A program made the translations under genes and the position numbers. A DNA stretch of 56,744 nucleotides, the filler included, from Stramenopiles sp. TOSAG23-3 (Eukaryota), in NCBI GenBank assembly GCA_900128585.1. It is 3 parts of 3 records of this genome, joined end to end, with 100 filler letters (N's around TTAATTAATTAA, not from the genome) between each part and the next. Parts side by side here need not be neighbours in the genome. Positions count along the whole stretch, not along the records: positions 18,964 to 37,819 come from LT642417.1; positions 37,920 to 56,744 come from LT642418.1; 1 more part is not named here. The stretch is one strand, 5' to 3'. Below are positions 30,801-40,596 of this stretch, one piece after another; the first letter of the stretch is position 1; each line of letters opens with the position of its first letter. The notes below the pieces were generated by a model that was given only the letters and a program-made list of their open reading frames with translations, was not told the origin of the DNA and did not search any database.

Positions 30801-31069
30801 ACGCTTTTGGGAAGGTCACTAATGCGGACTGTTTTGTCGTTTTGGGGTGCGAGTGTGACACTAAACGAGCCCGAGAGATGAGAAGCTACCTACCATACAA
30901 TGGTGAAGACAAACGCGAAGGCGGGAAGAAACTTTGCGTCGTTAATCAGCGAACCCACAAGGCGGATTCTGACGTTGTAGATTTTAAGAACATTGGAGAA
31001 GTCATGGTGCTGGAAAACATGCTAGTTGCAAATGAGGTTATTTCGTATGTATATGATAAGAATCCTTAG
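27866..31069 (+). CDS. Large TROVE-like + TerD domain protein
   Basis: KYP...F.TS...LSMRGNTKETW...MNIRNL resembles TEP1/Ro60 TROVE. LGISW...VDLDLS...HSGD...E.IRI...LP fits TerD. Confidence 0.75.
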   Translation: MPVVLSTEFFKAALRVQPTEPAASEAGVAKMSLYAKRPRSLSASVQNKAFFHWLNLVAVDLAYAAIKVQKNKLGKSFSVLDLRSCLALKTTCSEATLLMDTSPLWLAEVRHEIMNPGDLQDNFSLFLLSAKIFQALKHGHWTRKVMKGVLETPPDNSQWTSIVAHTNAEETESYFWDKLKKHFATRAVPTLSNVKDMTVCVISLIQLSLPKQESEGAPSAEAENSLCPQDIVDKVATFESLNKVFCSILCAMMMSPKVFMELLPDGSYRQQVVDHIGSKKIVDTRTLLPTVDSIGHTVATLNGLTVEQLRVKPWVFPHKRSIPKSTRRVLVGALAKLSPLQLFGTFTSRGLWKTIYHSIHIRSMLSSKRFSEDGLSKGKVTSNELKDMQKMYLFVLMLMEEKYPKNEEEFETSLWRERVVAPLKALCDAAGSIFKAKDPAWLQPTFQSSLSRKRLPKPDRVTVTNLLSMRGNTKETWTMMFEEKILSESQVYMNIRNLILLNFPVSVVKDYVVKKRASQKEQKIDLIHLMKIKHLIENDFTNDFIREVAGLIQSCILDCVSAWANSSSSSANMVPPSEKLKLVQSSNPIGEDEIFVEMPLRAYTDLKGQVYAARKYKVVSKGFNESSVQEYLAFVMNDIECLLAATRQSLALDTKKVIPLISLTPELHDNVIRSGLPPIEPPYSKVSMWRGEVVCINQLLEGGENTDSKTGISEEDGLELILGISWCEKKNGPGVDLDLSCTMYDDKWEPSGVCNFQNMNPTGMKHSGDILTAPYPKGARENIRIQFSKLPKNIKYVVLTVHNYTRQPISECCSDASIFVADGKRTGRGPGGLAMIAASSLKSEGTTVVAGAMIVDRKNMDGQGRPVLRLLSIDSAPKKVTSTVATESTNMNRDFTKRSVDNSGYMGKPSKLPLVVVAALNAVLVSSGGMVVIEHGEDENLSSPTIVRRQEGDTLSSFLQAILRKLETLPVTLEPNYANAFGKVTNADCFVVLGCECDTKRAREMRSYLPYNGEDKREGGKKLCVVNQRTHKADSDVVDFKNIGEVMVLENMLVANEVISYVYDKNP

Positions 31070-31672
31070 CATTAAAAAAAAAACAAGTTATGTAGTAAGT
31101 TTTAAGACACTCCAATATCATATATCAAATATAATAACCTATTAAATAAGATAACCTATATTTGAATTCTTCATAAATTATCTTCCTAAAAAAGAAGTTA
31201 AATTCAGTGAATGGACAGTATAAAAGTAATTTTTCGGTCTTCGTCCCAATCATAATCTTCCCATTCAGAACATATATCCGGTGTCCCGTAGTCGACTTCT
31301 TCAGATAATTGTGAAGTATGATTGTATGAGAGGCTTGATTGTCCATTGCTTTCGAGTCCTTATTTTTTAAGCAATGACTTGATTGATTTGTAAGATTTCT
31401 GGATCTGCTTGGTTGAGGATCTGGTTTAATAATATTCACAGTTAATTCAAATCTAAAATCAGAGAGTAGAAAAGAGAGAGAAATTCTGATAAATACACCC
31501 CGCCCGTAAAAATTAATATATTCTCACAATTAAATTTTTATTTGTTTTTCTTACCCTTGACATATCGTATATTTATCTTTTTGCCACTTTCGCTGAGAAA
31601 AGTTCTTTTTTGTCTTGTTTCCAGTTAAATTTAGACAATTTTAATTTACAAGCGCTTTTCGTGAAAACTATT

Positions 31673-33547
31673 TTACATTCCTGGGGGGCTTAACAACCTG
31701 ATGACTGCATCCCAATCGGTTCGTTTTCTTTTGCTTGGGGAAGATGAAGACGATTGAGACGATGAAGACTGGGAGTACGACTGAGATGGGTAGCGTTGAG
31801 CAGCTGCTGGCATTTTTCTCTTTTGAAAGGACTGCGCATGGCACGCTTCTCTCGCGCTCGGTGGTATCGACGCTGGAGGTGGGGCCGTTTGCGGTACATC
31901 CCATCCAAAGAAGTTGCATTTCAGTGGATCGTTGCGCTGCTTGCTACAACAAAAGAAAAATCGCCCTTGGTTGGTCCCTGCCTTTCTGACCTGCACTCGC
32001 TTTGATTCAACGTTGCACTGGCAATTAGGATATACCCTTGCATCTTCCAAATCAAATTCCTCTAATATTTTTCGTCGAACATCATCCCATGTTTTTCTTG
32101 CTTCCTCCAACCAAGATACGATGTCTGCGTGACCACTCTCAAAGTCCACGGCTAACGAAGACGTTTTGATGCACCTGTCTGAAAACCCAACTACTTGAAG
32201 GCCAGTTTTGCTTGTGCTTCGTGAGAGCGCTACGTACGCCTGGCCGTCTGCGAACGCATCTTGAAGAAACACAATTAGTCGATCGATGCTCATACCTTGA
32301 GACTTGTGAATCGTAATGGCCCATGCAAGTTTCAAGGGAATTTGAAACCGAATCGCGCTCCCTAAGCCACGAACCTCCCTGGAAAATCCGTGGGGTAGGA
32401 TAGTGTAAGGCTCTGCTCGAGAAGTAAATTTCACAACCGGCAGAAACGGAAAGTCGTGGGTCTCTGCTTGGGCCAACTCTCTCTCCAGCTCAGCTGCAGC
32501 GCTTGGGTCACCCTGCTGCAAAGCCTTTTTAATTCTTTCATTTAGCTCTTTGCAGTGCTCAATCGCCGTTTTGATCCCGACCACTACACCTCGTGACCCA
32601 TTCACCAGCTTGGAGCCTATGTTTTCATTCTGGAGCAGCATCACTTGGGCCCCCACCTTCAACTCGAGCACCTTCTTCACGCGGCACTGGTGCGGTTCGA
32701 AAAAGCGATTCAGTAGGTATCGCTCGTTTCGTGACAGACTCCGCTGCTTCACCTCGGCTTCAATCTGATCCTTAGCGAGAAACGTTACAAGGCCGCCTTC
32801 CAGTGTCATTAGTTCCCCATGGTTCTCCCTATCTACATCAATGTTCTTGCAGTACAATTTTGTGGGGATGATGCCATTCACCGTTTCCAGCGCCGCTCGG
32901 CAGTCTGTCACGAGTTGGGTGACATCGCTGGTTATGTTGCCCTGGCGAATAGCTTGGAGCGCTTGCACCATCTGCTTTTCCCCCCCTTGCCTATGTACAT
33001 GCGTTAGTCTTACGGTTTGAATTTCGGCATACCCTCTGTTCAGAAACACTTCGTCCACTCTGGCCAAGTGGACCTTCCCGTGTTTTTTGTACCGAAGGTC
33101 GTTGGCCCCGGGCGGTACTTGTACAGGTGGCAGTTGGAGAAAATCGCCGCACACAATAACCTGGACGCCGCCAAAAGCCCTGTTTCCGGGGTCTTGCCTT
33201 ATCGTTCGGATCTGAGCTTCAATGTTGTCCAGCATCTCACCGCTGCACATGGATATTTCATCGATTATCATGACCTCGACCTTCCGCAGCTGTTTTTTTC
33301 GACTCCACATCTTTTCAAAATCGGACCTCGTTTTGGGCATTCCTATGCCACAATACGAATTCAATGTGCAACCATTGACGTTTACCGCTGCTATTCCTGT
33401 GGGAGCCATAACCACAAATTCCCTGTCTTTCAACGCCATCTGGATGTGCTTCAACAACAAGCTCTTCCCAGTACCAGCAACCCCTGTAATGAAGACATTT
33501 TGACCCTTCATAACCATATCTAACGCGGCTTGTTGGGTCGTCCACAT
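31673..33547 (-). CDS. Pif1-family SF1B helicase with C-terminal GRF zinc finger
   Basis: GVAGTGKS, APTGIAA, IIDEISM, GDFLQLPPV, LVNGSRG, QIPLKLAWAITIHKSQGMS, GQAYVALSR; C-terminal CQC...NQGRFFFCC...CNFFGWD. Confidence 0.95.
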   Translation of the reverse strand: MWTTQQAALDMVMKGQNVFITGVAGTGKSLLLKHIQMALKDREFVVMAPTGIAAVNVNGCTLNSYCGIGMPKTRSDFEKMWSRKKQLRKVEVMIIDEISMCSGEMLDNIEAQIRTIRQDPGNRAFGGVQVIVCGDFLQLPPVQVPPGANDLRYKKHGKVHLARVDEVFLNRGYAEIQTVRLTHVHRQGGEKQMVQALQAIRQGNITSDVTQLVTDCRAALETVNGIIPTKLYCKNIDVDRENHGELMTLEGGLVTFLAKDQIEAEVKQRSLSRNERYLLNRFFEPHQCRVKKVLELKVGAQVMLLQNENIGSKLVNGSRGVVVGIKTAIEHCKELNERIKKALQQGDPSAAAELERELAQAETHDFPFLPVVKFTSRAEPYTILPHGFSREVRGLGSAIRFQIPLKLAWAITIHKSQGMSIDRLIVFLQDAFADGQAYVALSRSTSKTGLQVVGFSDRCIKTSSLAVDFESGHADIVSWLEEARKTWDDVRRKILEEFDLEDARVYPNCQCNVESKRVQVRKAGTNQGRFFFCCSKQRNDPLKCNFFGWDVPQTAPPPASIPPSAREACHAQSFQKRKMPAAAQRYPSQSYSQSSSSQSSSSSPSKRKRTDWDAVIRLLSPPGM

Positions 33548-33980
33548 AGCAGGACAGGTCGATTGAACTTTTTTTTAACTCTTCGAGATCCCTCGCCCGC
33601 ATTATCTCGGTGACATCCTCCACTTCGTCGTCGCTGTCTTCAGCCTCTCCGTCCTTCGGCAGCTCGGGGGCTAGCGGCAGATCTGGTAATGGACGGGGCA
33701 GCGCGCTCTGCGCGCTGTACGGGGCGGCACTATTCGGTGGAACCCTCTCCGCCTTTACTTTCGGTTCCGACGCAGTCCCCGTTTCTGGCGACGCGGCACC
33801 ACCGTCGCTTAAACCGCTCTGCATCGCCTCCTCGAAGTACGCGGAGGCCTCATGCCTTGTGTTAAATCCTCTAAAGCGAGTCCCAGGAAGGCCCTCGGTC
33901 AGTTCCAACACTTTGGAAAAATCTGTGTGCACCCCTGCGTCGGCTCCTACGACTACGGCGTAAAAAGCTTTCGGCTTCAT
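33548..33980 (-). CDS. RNase H1 N-terminal hybrid-binding (Cauli_VI) domain, probable N-terminus of the Pif1 gene (frameshifted)
   Basis: FYAVVVG...GVHTDF...TEG.PG.RFRGF.T..EA..Y. The ORF runs out of frame into the Pif1 ORF with no AT-rich spacer. Confidence 0.75.
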
Positions 33981-34369
33981 GGGCGGCACCGTTCGTTCCG
34001 AAGTGCAACGTAGGTGTCTCTTCCTCTTTGAATCAAAGCGTTTTCATCGGATAGGTGTTCTCTCCTTTTCTTGTTCAATTTATTTATTATTTTTAGGGTT
34101 AGGGTAACACACAAAAATACAAATACACACATGCACACCGATCTTATCTTCGATTATTTCATGTCATTATAAATAGATCATAATAAATCAATAATGGAGT
34201 TTTTAATTCAAATTCTAAAGTCTAATAAAGAAGCCCAACGCGCAGAACCCAACAACAACAACAAACAAACTCAAAGAAGAAGAGAATGAAAGAGAGGAGA
34301 AAGAGAAAAAAAATAATATAATATATATAGTAGAAGAAAAGAAAAGAAAGAAAGAAAGAAAGAAAGAAG

Positions 34370-34400
<31 letters not shown>

Positions 34401-35104
34401 AAAAAGAATAAAGAAAATTAAATAAATGTAAATAAAATATATCTCATAATTTAAGTAATACCAAGTATACCAGGTAAAACTCCATGCCCTAATCATAACT
34501 CTTTTTCTCTACGGTCGTCTCTCTGCTCTCCCCTCTCTTCTCGCTTGTATTATTATTATTAGTATACATTATTTTTGATGTTTCTTCCTTTCTTTCAAAT
34601 ATATTATTATTATAGACTACTAGACACTATAATAAGTTAAGCAAAGGTAGGAGGGTTTGTATTTATTTGTCTTGTTTGTATGGTGTTGTAGACTACCGAT
34701 ATTAAATAGTATTTGTTCACACCACAAATTTGGTTGGGGAGAAGGAAAAGGACATGCTGACGAGCCGATCTGATTAATGCTAATCACTCGTTATTTATCC
34801 TCGTATATTATTTTACATTAATATTCTCTCTCGAACACCACCCCACTCTCCTAGACTACTCCTATTATTTATTAGGTGTATTATTATATTAAAATAAATC
34901 CGATATTTATATATAGACTATAGTATCTTAAAAAAATGGAATCAACATGTCAGTACAGAAAAAGTGAACAAAAGAAAGTGTTTCGACATTTTTGGTTCTC
35001 GCATGTCATATTGTTCTGCCTAGTATTTACTTTGTTTGAATACTTTTACTGCATCGTTCCACGCACAATCTCTCTGAACTTTTCGTTTTTTTTTCAACAT
35101 CATC

Positions 35105-36295
35105 ATGGCTGTGAGCTTGACAGTAGGCTTTCTTTGCGCTGGGATTTCTGTGCTGTTCTTCGGGTCCAACTTTGTCCCCGTGAAGCGGGTGGAAACTGGT
35201 GACGGGGTCTTTTATGCCTGGGTTATGTGCTCTGGCATATGGACCGTTGGACTCCTTGTGAACATGTATCTCGGCTTTCCGAGCTTCGAGCCTTGGGCCA
35301 TGCTCGGCGGTGCGATTTGGACAACCGGGAACATGATGAGCGTGCCCACTATTAAGTTCATCGGCTTAGGGTTAGGTATGCTCCTATGGGGCACCTCGAA
35401 CATGCTCATAGGGTGGGCAACCGGGAGGTTCGGGCTCTTTGGAGTAGACCCGCAGCTGCCGTGCGACGATCCAGAGAGCGTTGCAGCAACTTGCATCCAC
35501 GACGTCGGGTTGAATTATGCAGGAATGTGCCTTGCCTGCCTCTCCCTCGTCGTTTACATACTGGTGCAACCGGAGGACATGTCGTCCGGGGGAAAGGGAA
35601 GCCAGGCCACGGACAAGCAGGCGGAAGCTGACCGGTTGATCGACCACGTAAGGAACGATGACTACATGTCCTTTATGCCGACGCCACGGATCATTGGCAA
35701 CAAGCCGTTTCGAGAAATCAACCAAGTTCCATCCTTCCACGACGATTTGGACAAGCTGGAGGGGCTCCCGAACGTAGAGTCCGTGAACGTGAAGCAGGCC
35801 GCAGCGAGCGTTATCGACAAACTCTCCAGGGGGACGAAACGCACGATCGGTGTCACGCTTGCCCTCGTGTCCGGGCTGTTCTACGGCACGAACTTGACCC
35901 CCCCGCAGGTTGTCCACGACCATGGAGGGGATCCATACTTGATGGATTACATTTTTTCACACTTTTGCGGCATTTACTTTACGATGACAGTGTATTTCAT
36001 GGCGTACTGTGCGATCAAAGGCAACGAAGCGCTGATCTACCCCAAAGCTATCGTCCCGGCCTTCTTCAGCGGTGTAATGTGGGCGATCGCTCAGGTGTCT
36101 TGGTTCATAGCGAATTCAAGTGGGATGGGTTTTGCCGTTTCATTTCCGATTATTGCCTGCGGTCCCGGGCTCGTCGCGTCGCTGTGGGGTATATTTGTAT
36201 TTAAAGAAATCAAGGGCAGGAGGAATATGATCGTCATATCAATCGCCGCGCTGTTGACCGTTACCAGCGGTTTGGTCATTGGCATGAGTAAATAG
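35105..36295 (+). CDS. TMEM144: TMEM144-like DMT-superfamily transporter
   Basis: FGSNFVPVK..ETGDG, AMLGGAIWTTGN, FSHFCGIY, SFPII..GPG.VASLWG. Confidence 0.9.
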   Translation: MAVSLTVGFLCAGISVLFFGSNFVPVKRVETGDGVFYAWVMCSGIWTVGLLVNMYLGFPSFEPWAMLGGAIWTTGNMMSVPTIKFIGLGLGMLLWGTSNMLIGWATGRFGLFGVDPQLPCDDPESVAATCIHDVGLNYAGMCLACLSLVVYILVQPEDMSSGGKGSQATDKQAEADRLIDHVRNDDYMSFMPTPRIIGNKPFREINQVPSFHDDLDKLEGLPNVESVNVKQAAASVIDKLSRGTKRTIGVTLALVSGLFYGTNLTPPQVVHDHGGDPYLMDYIFSHFCGIYFTMTVYFMAYCAIKGNEALIYPKAIVPAFFSGVMWAIAQVSWFIANSSGMGFAVSFPIIACGPGLVASLWGIFVFKEIKGRRNMIVISIAALLTVTSGLVIGMSK

Positions 36296-36586
36296 ATTTC
36301 GTATTTTGTGCGAGCGCGAGTGTACAATATTAGCCGTAACAGAGAGCGGTCAGTAAAAATATGCAAAAGGATAAAGCATACTATATATTTTGTTTTTTTT
36401 TGCAAAAGAAGAAAGAATTAAGCTTACCTCTCTCTGTTTATAAACATATGATATTATAAACTTATCATACTAAGTATTGGATTTAAAATGAGAGTCTTAA
36501 AACATACTATATATTTTGGTTTATATCATACTCTGTATTCTGTTATATTCATCTCTCGGCACCGGTACCTGCCCCTCTCCCAAAAT

Positions 36587-37740
36587 TCACAAGAACTCTT
36601 TCAGACTGTCTCGGACAAGAAAGTACAGCGCCAACCCCATGGCTGAAATTACTGCGGACCCAACTTGGTACAAGAGCCGCATTGTGACTCTTATCCCGGC
36701 GACACGGGTGGCAGCCAGCTCGTGCCCTTGCAACCATTCATCCCAAAGTTCTGGGCCGATAAATTGTCGGTTACCCACAAGGTCCTTTATTCGAGCATCG
36801 TTGAGCAATGTTCGCTTCCAGTACAGCCAGTCCCGGTCCGCACGAGTCAGACCAAACCATGCCAAAAAGAAGAAGCACAACATTACTACCCCCATGAAGC
36901 ACATGAAAAATACCTGCACAATTCTCCCCGTGTCGCTCACGTTCGGGTTCGTACCCGCAGCAATAATAATAAAAACCGCCACAATGAGTGCCAAGGGCAC
37001 CGTGCCCATGAAGGCCATCACTGTGCCAACGCCTTTCGTGACTTCACGCGCAAACTTGTCCCCGTCGTCCTGGAGCGTAGCAATTTCGTTCAAAATCCGA
37101 CGATAGTTGGGCCCTTTGGTATTGATGTCGTCCGTGCAGGACATTTTCAGCAAAAGCGATCTCAGTTTCCGAACATGGCGCTCCTCTTCCCTGGCCCACG
37201 CCTCGTTGATATATTTTATCATGTGCATGGATAGAAACTGTTGTTGCCCTGCGTTCCATGTAGAGATCCACCCGAGGATAAAAACGATAACGGCAATCGT
37301 CCAGGAATGCGGCCCGAACGGTTGCGAGGACACCATCTCCCCCTCCAGGGGCAAGATAAAAAAGTACCCCAGAAGGGGGGTCGCCACCAGCATGTTGAAC
37401 CCTGTCCCAAAAAATTGTCCCTTCAACCGTTTCTCTAAAACAGCGACGTGTTTCCTGTCGGACAAAAGAAAGCGGTTCCATATCGACCCTGATTCCGAAA
37501 AGTTCGGGGAATTCCATTGCGCTGAAATCATCGAAATCGGCATCAGTATGGCCATGCTAACCGCAAACGCAGCAAGCCTCGTTACGCCATAAAAGAGCAA
37601 GCCAAACATAAGCTGCTGAAATACCGCTGCAACAGCAAAGATCATTTTGTTTCGCTTCGAACTGCTTGCGCTAATACCCAACAAGTGTCGAACGACAGGA
37701 GGGAGCTCGGTGTTGCTCTGAAAGGGTTCTAGGCCGGGCT
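36587..37740 (-). CDS. Multi-pass membrane protein (7TMIC/GR-like candidate), 5'-truncated
   Basis: About 7 hydrophobic segments. 5' end abuts an inverted duplicate of Pif1 sequence. Confidence 0.7.
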
Positions 37741-37819
37741 CCAACAAGCCGCGTTAGATATGGTTATGAAGGGTCAAAATGTCTTCATTACAGGGGTTGC
37801 TGGTACTGGGAAGAGCTTG
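37741..37819 (+). repeat. 79-bp exact inverted copy of 33458-33536 (probable chimera)
   Basis: Identical reverse complement located at the very end of the contig. Confidence 0.9.
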
Positions 37820-37919
37820 NNNNNNNNNNNNNNNNNNNNNNNNNNNNNNNNNNNNNNNNNNNNTTAATTAATTAANNNNNNNNNNNNNNNNNNNNNNNNN
37901 NNNNNNNNNNNNNNNNNNN
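37820..37919. other. Artificial contig linker
   Basis: N44-TTAATTAATTAA-N44. Confidence 0.97.
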
Positions 37920-38927
37920 CATGTCCGCGGACAGAGTGTCCGTCATTCTGTGCAGGTGCGCGACGATGAGGTAGTAACTCTTCAAGTGGGGCAGCGCCTT
38001 TGGGTTGCTGCTGAGATCAAAAAAATTCTTTAAGGCCTGGCGAAACTTCGGGACCACGCCTTCGCCGTCCAACCGTTTCTTCAATTTTTCGAACTCGCGC
38101 GCGTTCGCCTTCGTCATCTTGAGCTTTTCGAATTCTTTCGACATCGCCAGCACCTCGGGCAAATGCTTGATGTTGATGTGGTCGGACAAAATCTGCGGGT
38201 GCTGGTATAGGCGCTGGGTTTCGAACAGTATCCCGTCGTCCCCAAACTGCTGGCTCCAACTGTAGTAGTACCAGACGGCCGTCGGGATGCAAATGATCAG
38301 GGTCACCATGTAGAAGATGAGGACAATGTTCTGGTTGTCCCCATCGACCAAGAATTTTGGAAGGCCAATACTGACCTCCATCGATTGCCGCCCATCTGGG
38401 TTACCCCACTTTTCCCAGTTCTCTCTCGCCTCCTTGTCGGTGAGGGCGGCGTAGGCTTTGGCAATGGCCATAAACCGTCGCTCCGCGTCAGGGTCCTTGT
38501 TCTTGTCCGGGTGCCACTTCAAACTCTGCACCCTGTAGGCCCTCTTGATCTGCCGCTCGTTCGAGCCGTGCTCGACCTCCAATATCTTGAACGGGTCGTA
38601 CGAGGCGATCTCGCTGTCTTCGTTGACGAGCCCAAGGACGAAGAAGAAAATGTACCATCCCGCCACGACGACGAACAGCTTGACCAGGAAGCTTTTGGTG
38701 AAGAGCGAGCTCCACTTTCGCTTGTCCTGCTCGATCTTGGTGAACTTTTCCGTCTCCTCCTTGGTCCGCGCTTTCTCGCTAAGCTCATACTTTTGCGTTC
38801 TTAAATACAAAAAACTAGCGATTCGCTTCACCAAGTAGTAACTGAACGGCGTCAGAAATATCACCAGGATGGTGGTGAAGAAGTAGTAAAACGCAGAGTT
38901 ATCATAGTCCAAACGCGACCCTGGCAT
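37920..38927 (-). CDS. SEC63: Translocon subunit Sec63, 3'-truncated by contig end
   Basis: LDYDNSAFYYF, three TMs, J domain with WHPDKN, WGNPDGRQ...IGLP. Confidence 0.95.
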
Positions 38928-39678
38928 TGTTCTGTCGGTTCTCCGGTTGGTTGCTTTGACAAGAAGTCCAAAAGGGTTATTCTCTCTCTCTCAAAGGCAC
39001 TAAAATAACAGCGGTAAGAAAAATGTTTCTCTGTTAACCGTGTAAGACGTACCGATTCTTTCTTTCAAACTAGAAATGGAAAATGTGAACAGCATATGAT
39101 TGGTACGAGCTTTTTGATTGTTCATAGTTTTTGCATTCCATTTGACTTCAGTGTGTTGTTAGCTAACTTGGTTTAGTTTGGCTTGGCTTGACTTGACTTG
39201 CTTGATGGTACCGTAACTTTCTTCTTTCTTCTATCATCTTCTTCTTTCTTCTATCTTCTTCTTTCTTCTTTCTTCTTTCTTCTTCTTCTTCTTCTTCTCT
39301 TTTTTTTATTTTTACTTTTACCGTCCATCCATTTGTTATTATTTTAAATACTTAGATAAGTTTAAATAGAATAGTTTTAAATGAATATTATACAATAAGG
39401 ACTAATTGTGTATTGAAAATATTGAACCAAGGTAAAATGTGTCAGTTGATGATTAAGTCAGTTCTATATGTACATTATGTACAATAAATAGAAAGAAAGA
39501 CTATAATAAATATAATATAAGTATAGTATAATACAGCGAAGAAGTGACTAAAATAAAATTAATTAAAAAATGGATATTTTATTATATTTTTTAAGTATTA
39601 CGTTATTATGAATACGTATTTTATAACACAAAGCAATGAATATTCCCTATATAAAAAATCGTATTTAAATGGTAGGAT

Positions 39679-40012
39679 GGAAGGAAAAGGAAGGAAAAGG
39701 AAGGAAAAGGAAAAGGAAGAAGGAAAAGGAAGAAGGAAAAGGAAGAAGGAAAAGGAAGAAGGAAGAAGGAAAAGGAAGAAGGAAAAGGAAGAAGGAAAAG
39801 GAAGAAGGAAAAGGAAGAAGGAAAAGGAAGAAGGAAANNNNNNNNNNNNNNNNAGGAAGAAGGAAAAGGAAGAAGGAAAAGGAAGAAGGAAAAGGAAGAA
39901 GGAAAAGGAAGAAGGAAAAGGAAGAAGGAAAACGAAGGAAAGAAGGAAGGAACGAAGAGGAAAGGAGAAAGACGAAGGAAGGAAGGAACGAAGGAACGAA
40001 GGAAGGAAGGAA
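39679..40012 (+). repeat. Purine-rich 13-bp minisatellite (AGGAAAAGGAAGA)n with internal N gap
   Basis: Tandem copies visible. N run at 39838-39853. Confidence 0.95.
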
Positions 40013-40596
40013 TGAGAAAGAATTGTGATTATTATAGTCGTCTAGTATACGATATTGTATCTTAAGTACACTTATTAAGATTCAATTTTTAAGTATATAT
40101 ATACGACGTTATAGTATGGACAGTGTCACATCCAAATAAAAATACAGTACTACTATCCTTAATATTATAGTTGTATGAGTGAATTTTCTGTGTGCGTGTG
40201 TGTTTGTTGTTTGTGTGTGTTGTGTGTCTCTCATAATAATTTTTTAAAAATAATTCTTCTATATTTTTTTATAAATTCTTCATTATTATATAAACAACAA
40301 CAACAACAACAAAAAACACAAAAAAAGAAAGATACTCCTCTTCTCCTCTGCTGCGACGAACAATGAATGCGCAATTTAGAAACTACTCTGTACAAGAATA
40401 TTGATTAATGAATGAACGAATAAAATTATAAAACCCAATTTTAGGTTCTTTATTGAGGGTTCGTTCTACGTTTCGTTTCCTTTTCTGATTATTGAACGTT
40501 TTGAAACGGAACAACATTTATTTAGCGCCGGCGTGTACATACACACATACATAGAGATTTGTAGAAGAAGAAAAAAGGGTCGCTCACTCACTCTAT

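Noticed and set aside
31673-33547. Helitron transposon
   Set aside because: No HUH Rep domain or Helitron termini are visible.
39608-40028. K/R/E-rich ORFs (also 27461-27725, 34215-34496, 45111-45474)
   Set aside because: These are translations of simple repeats.
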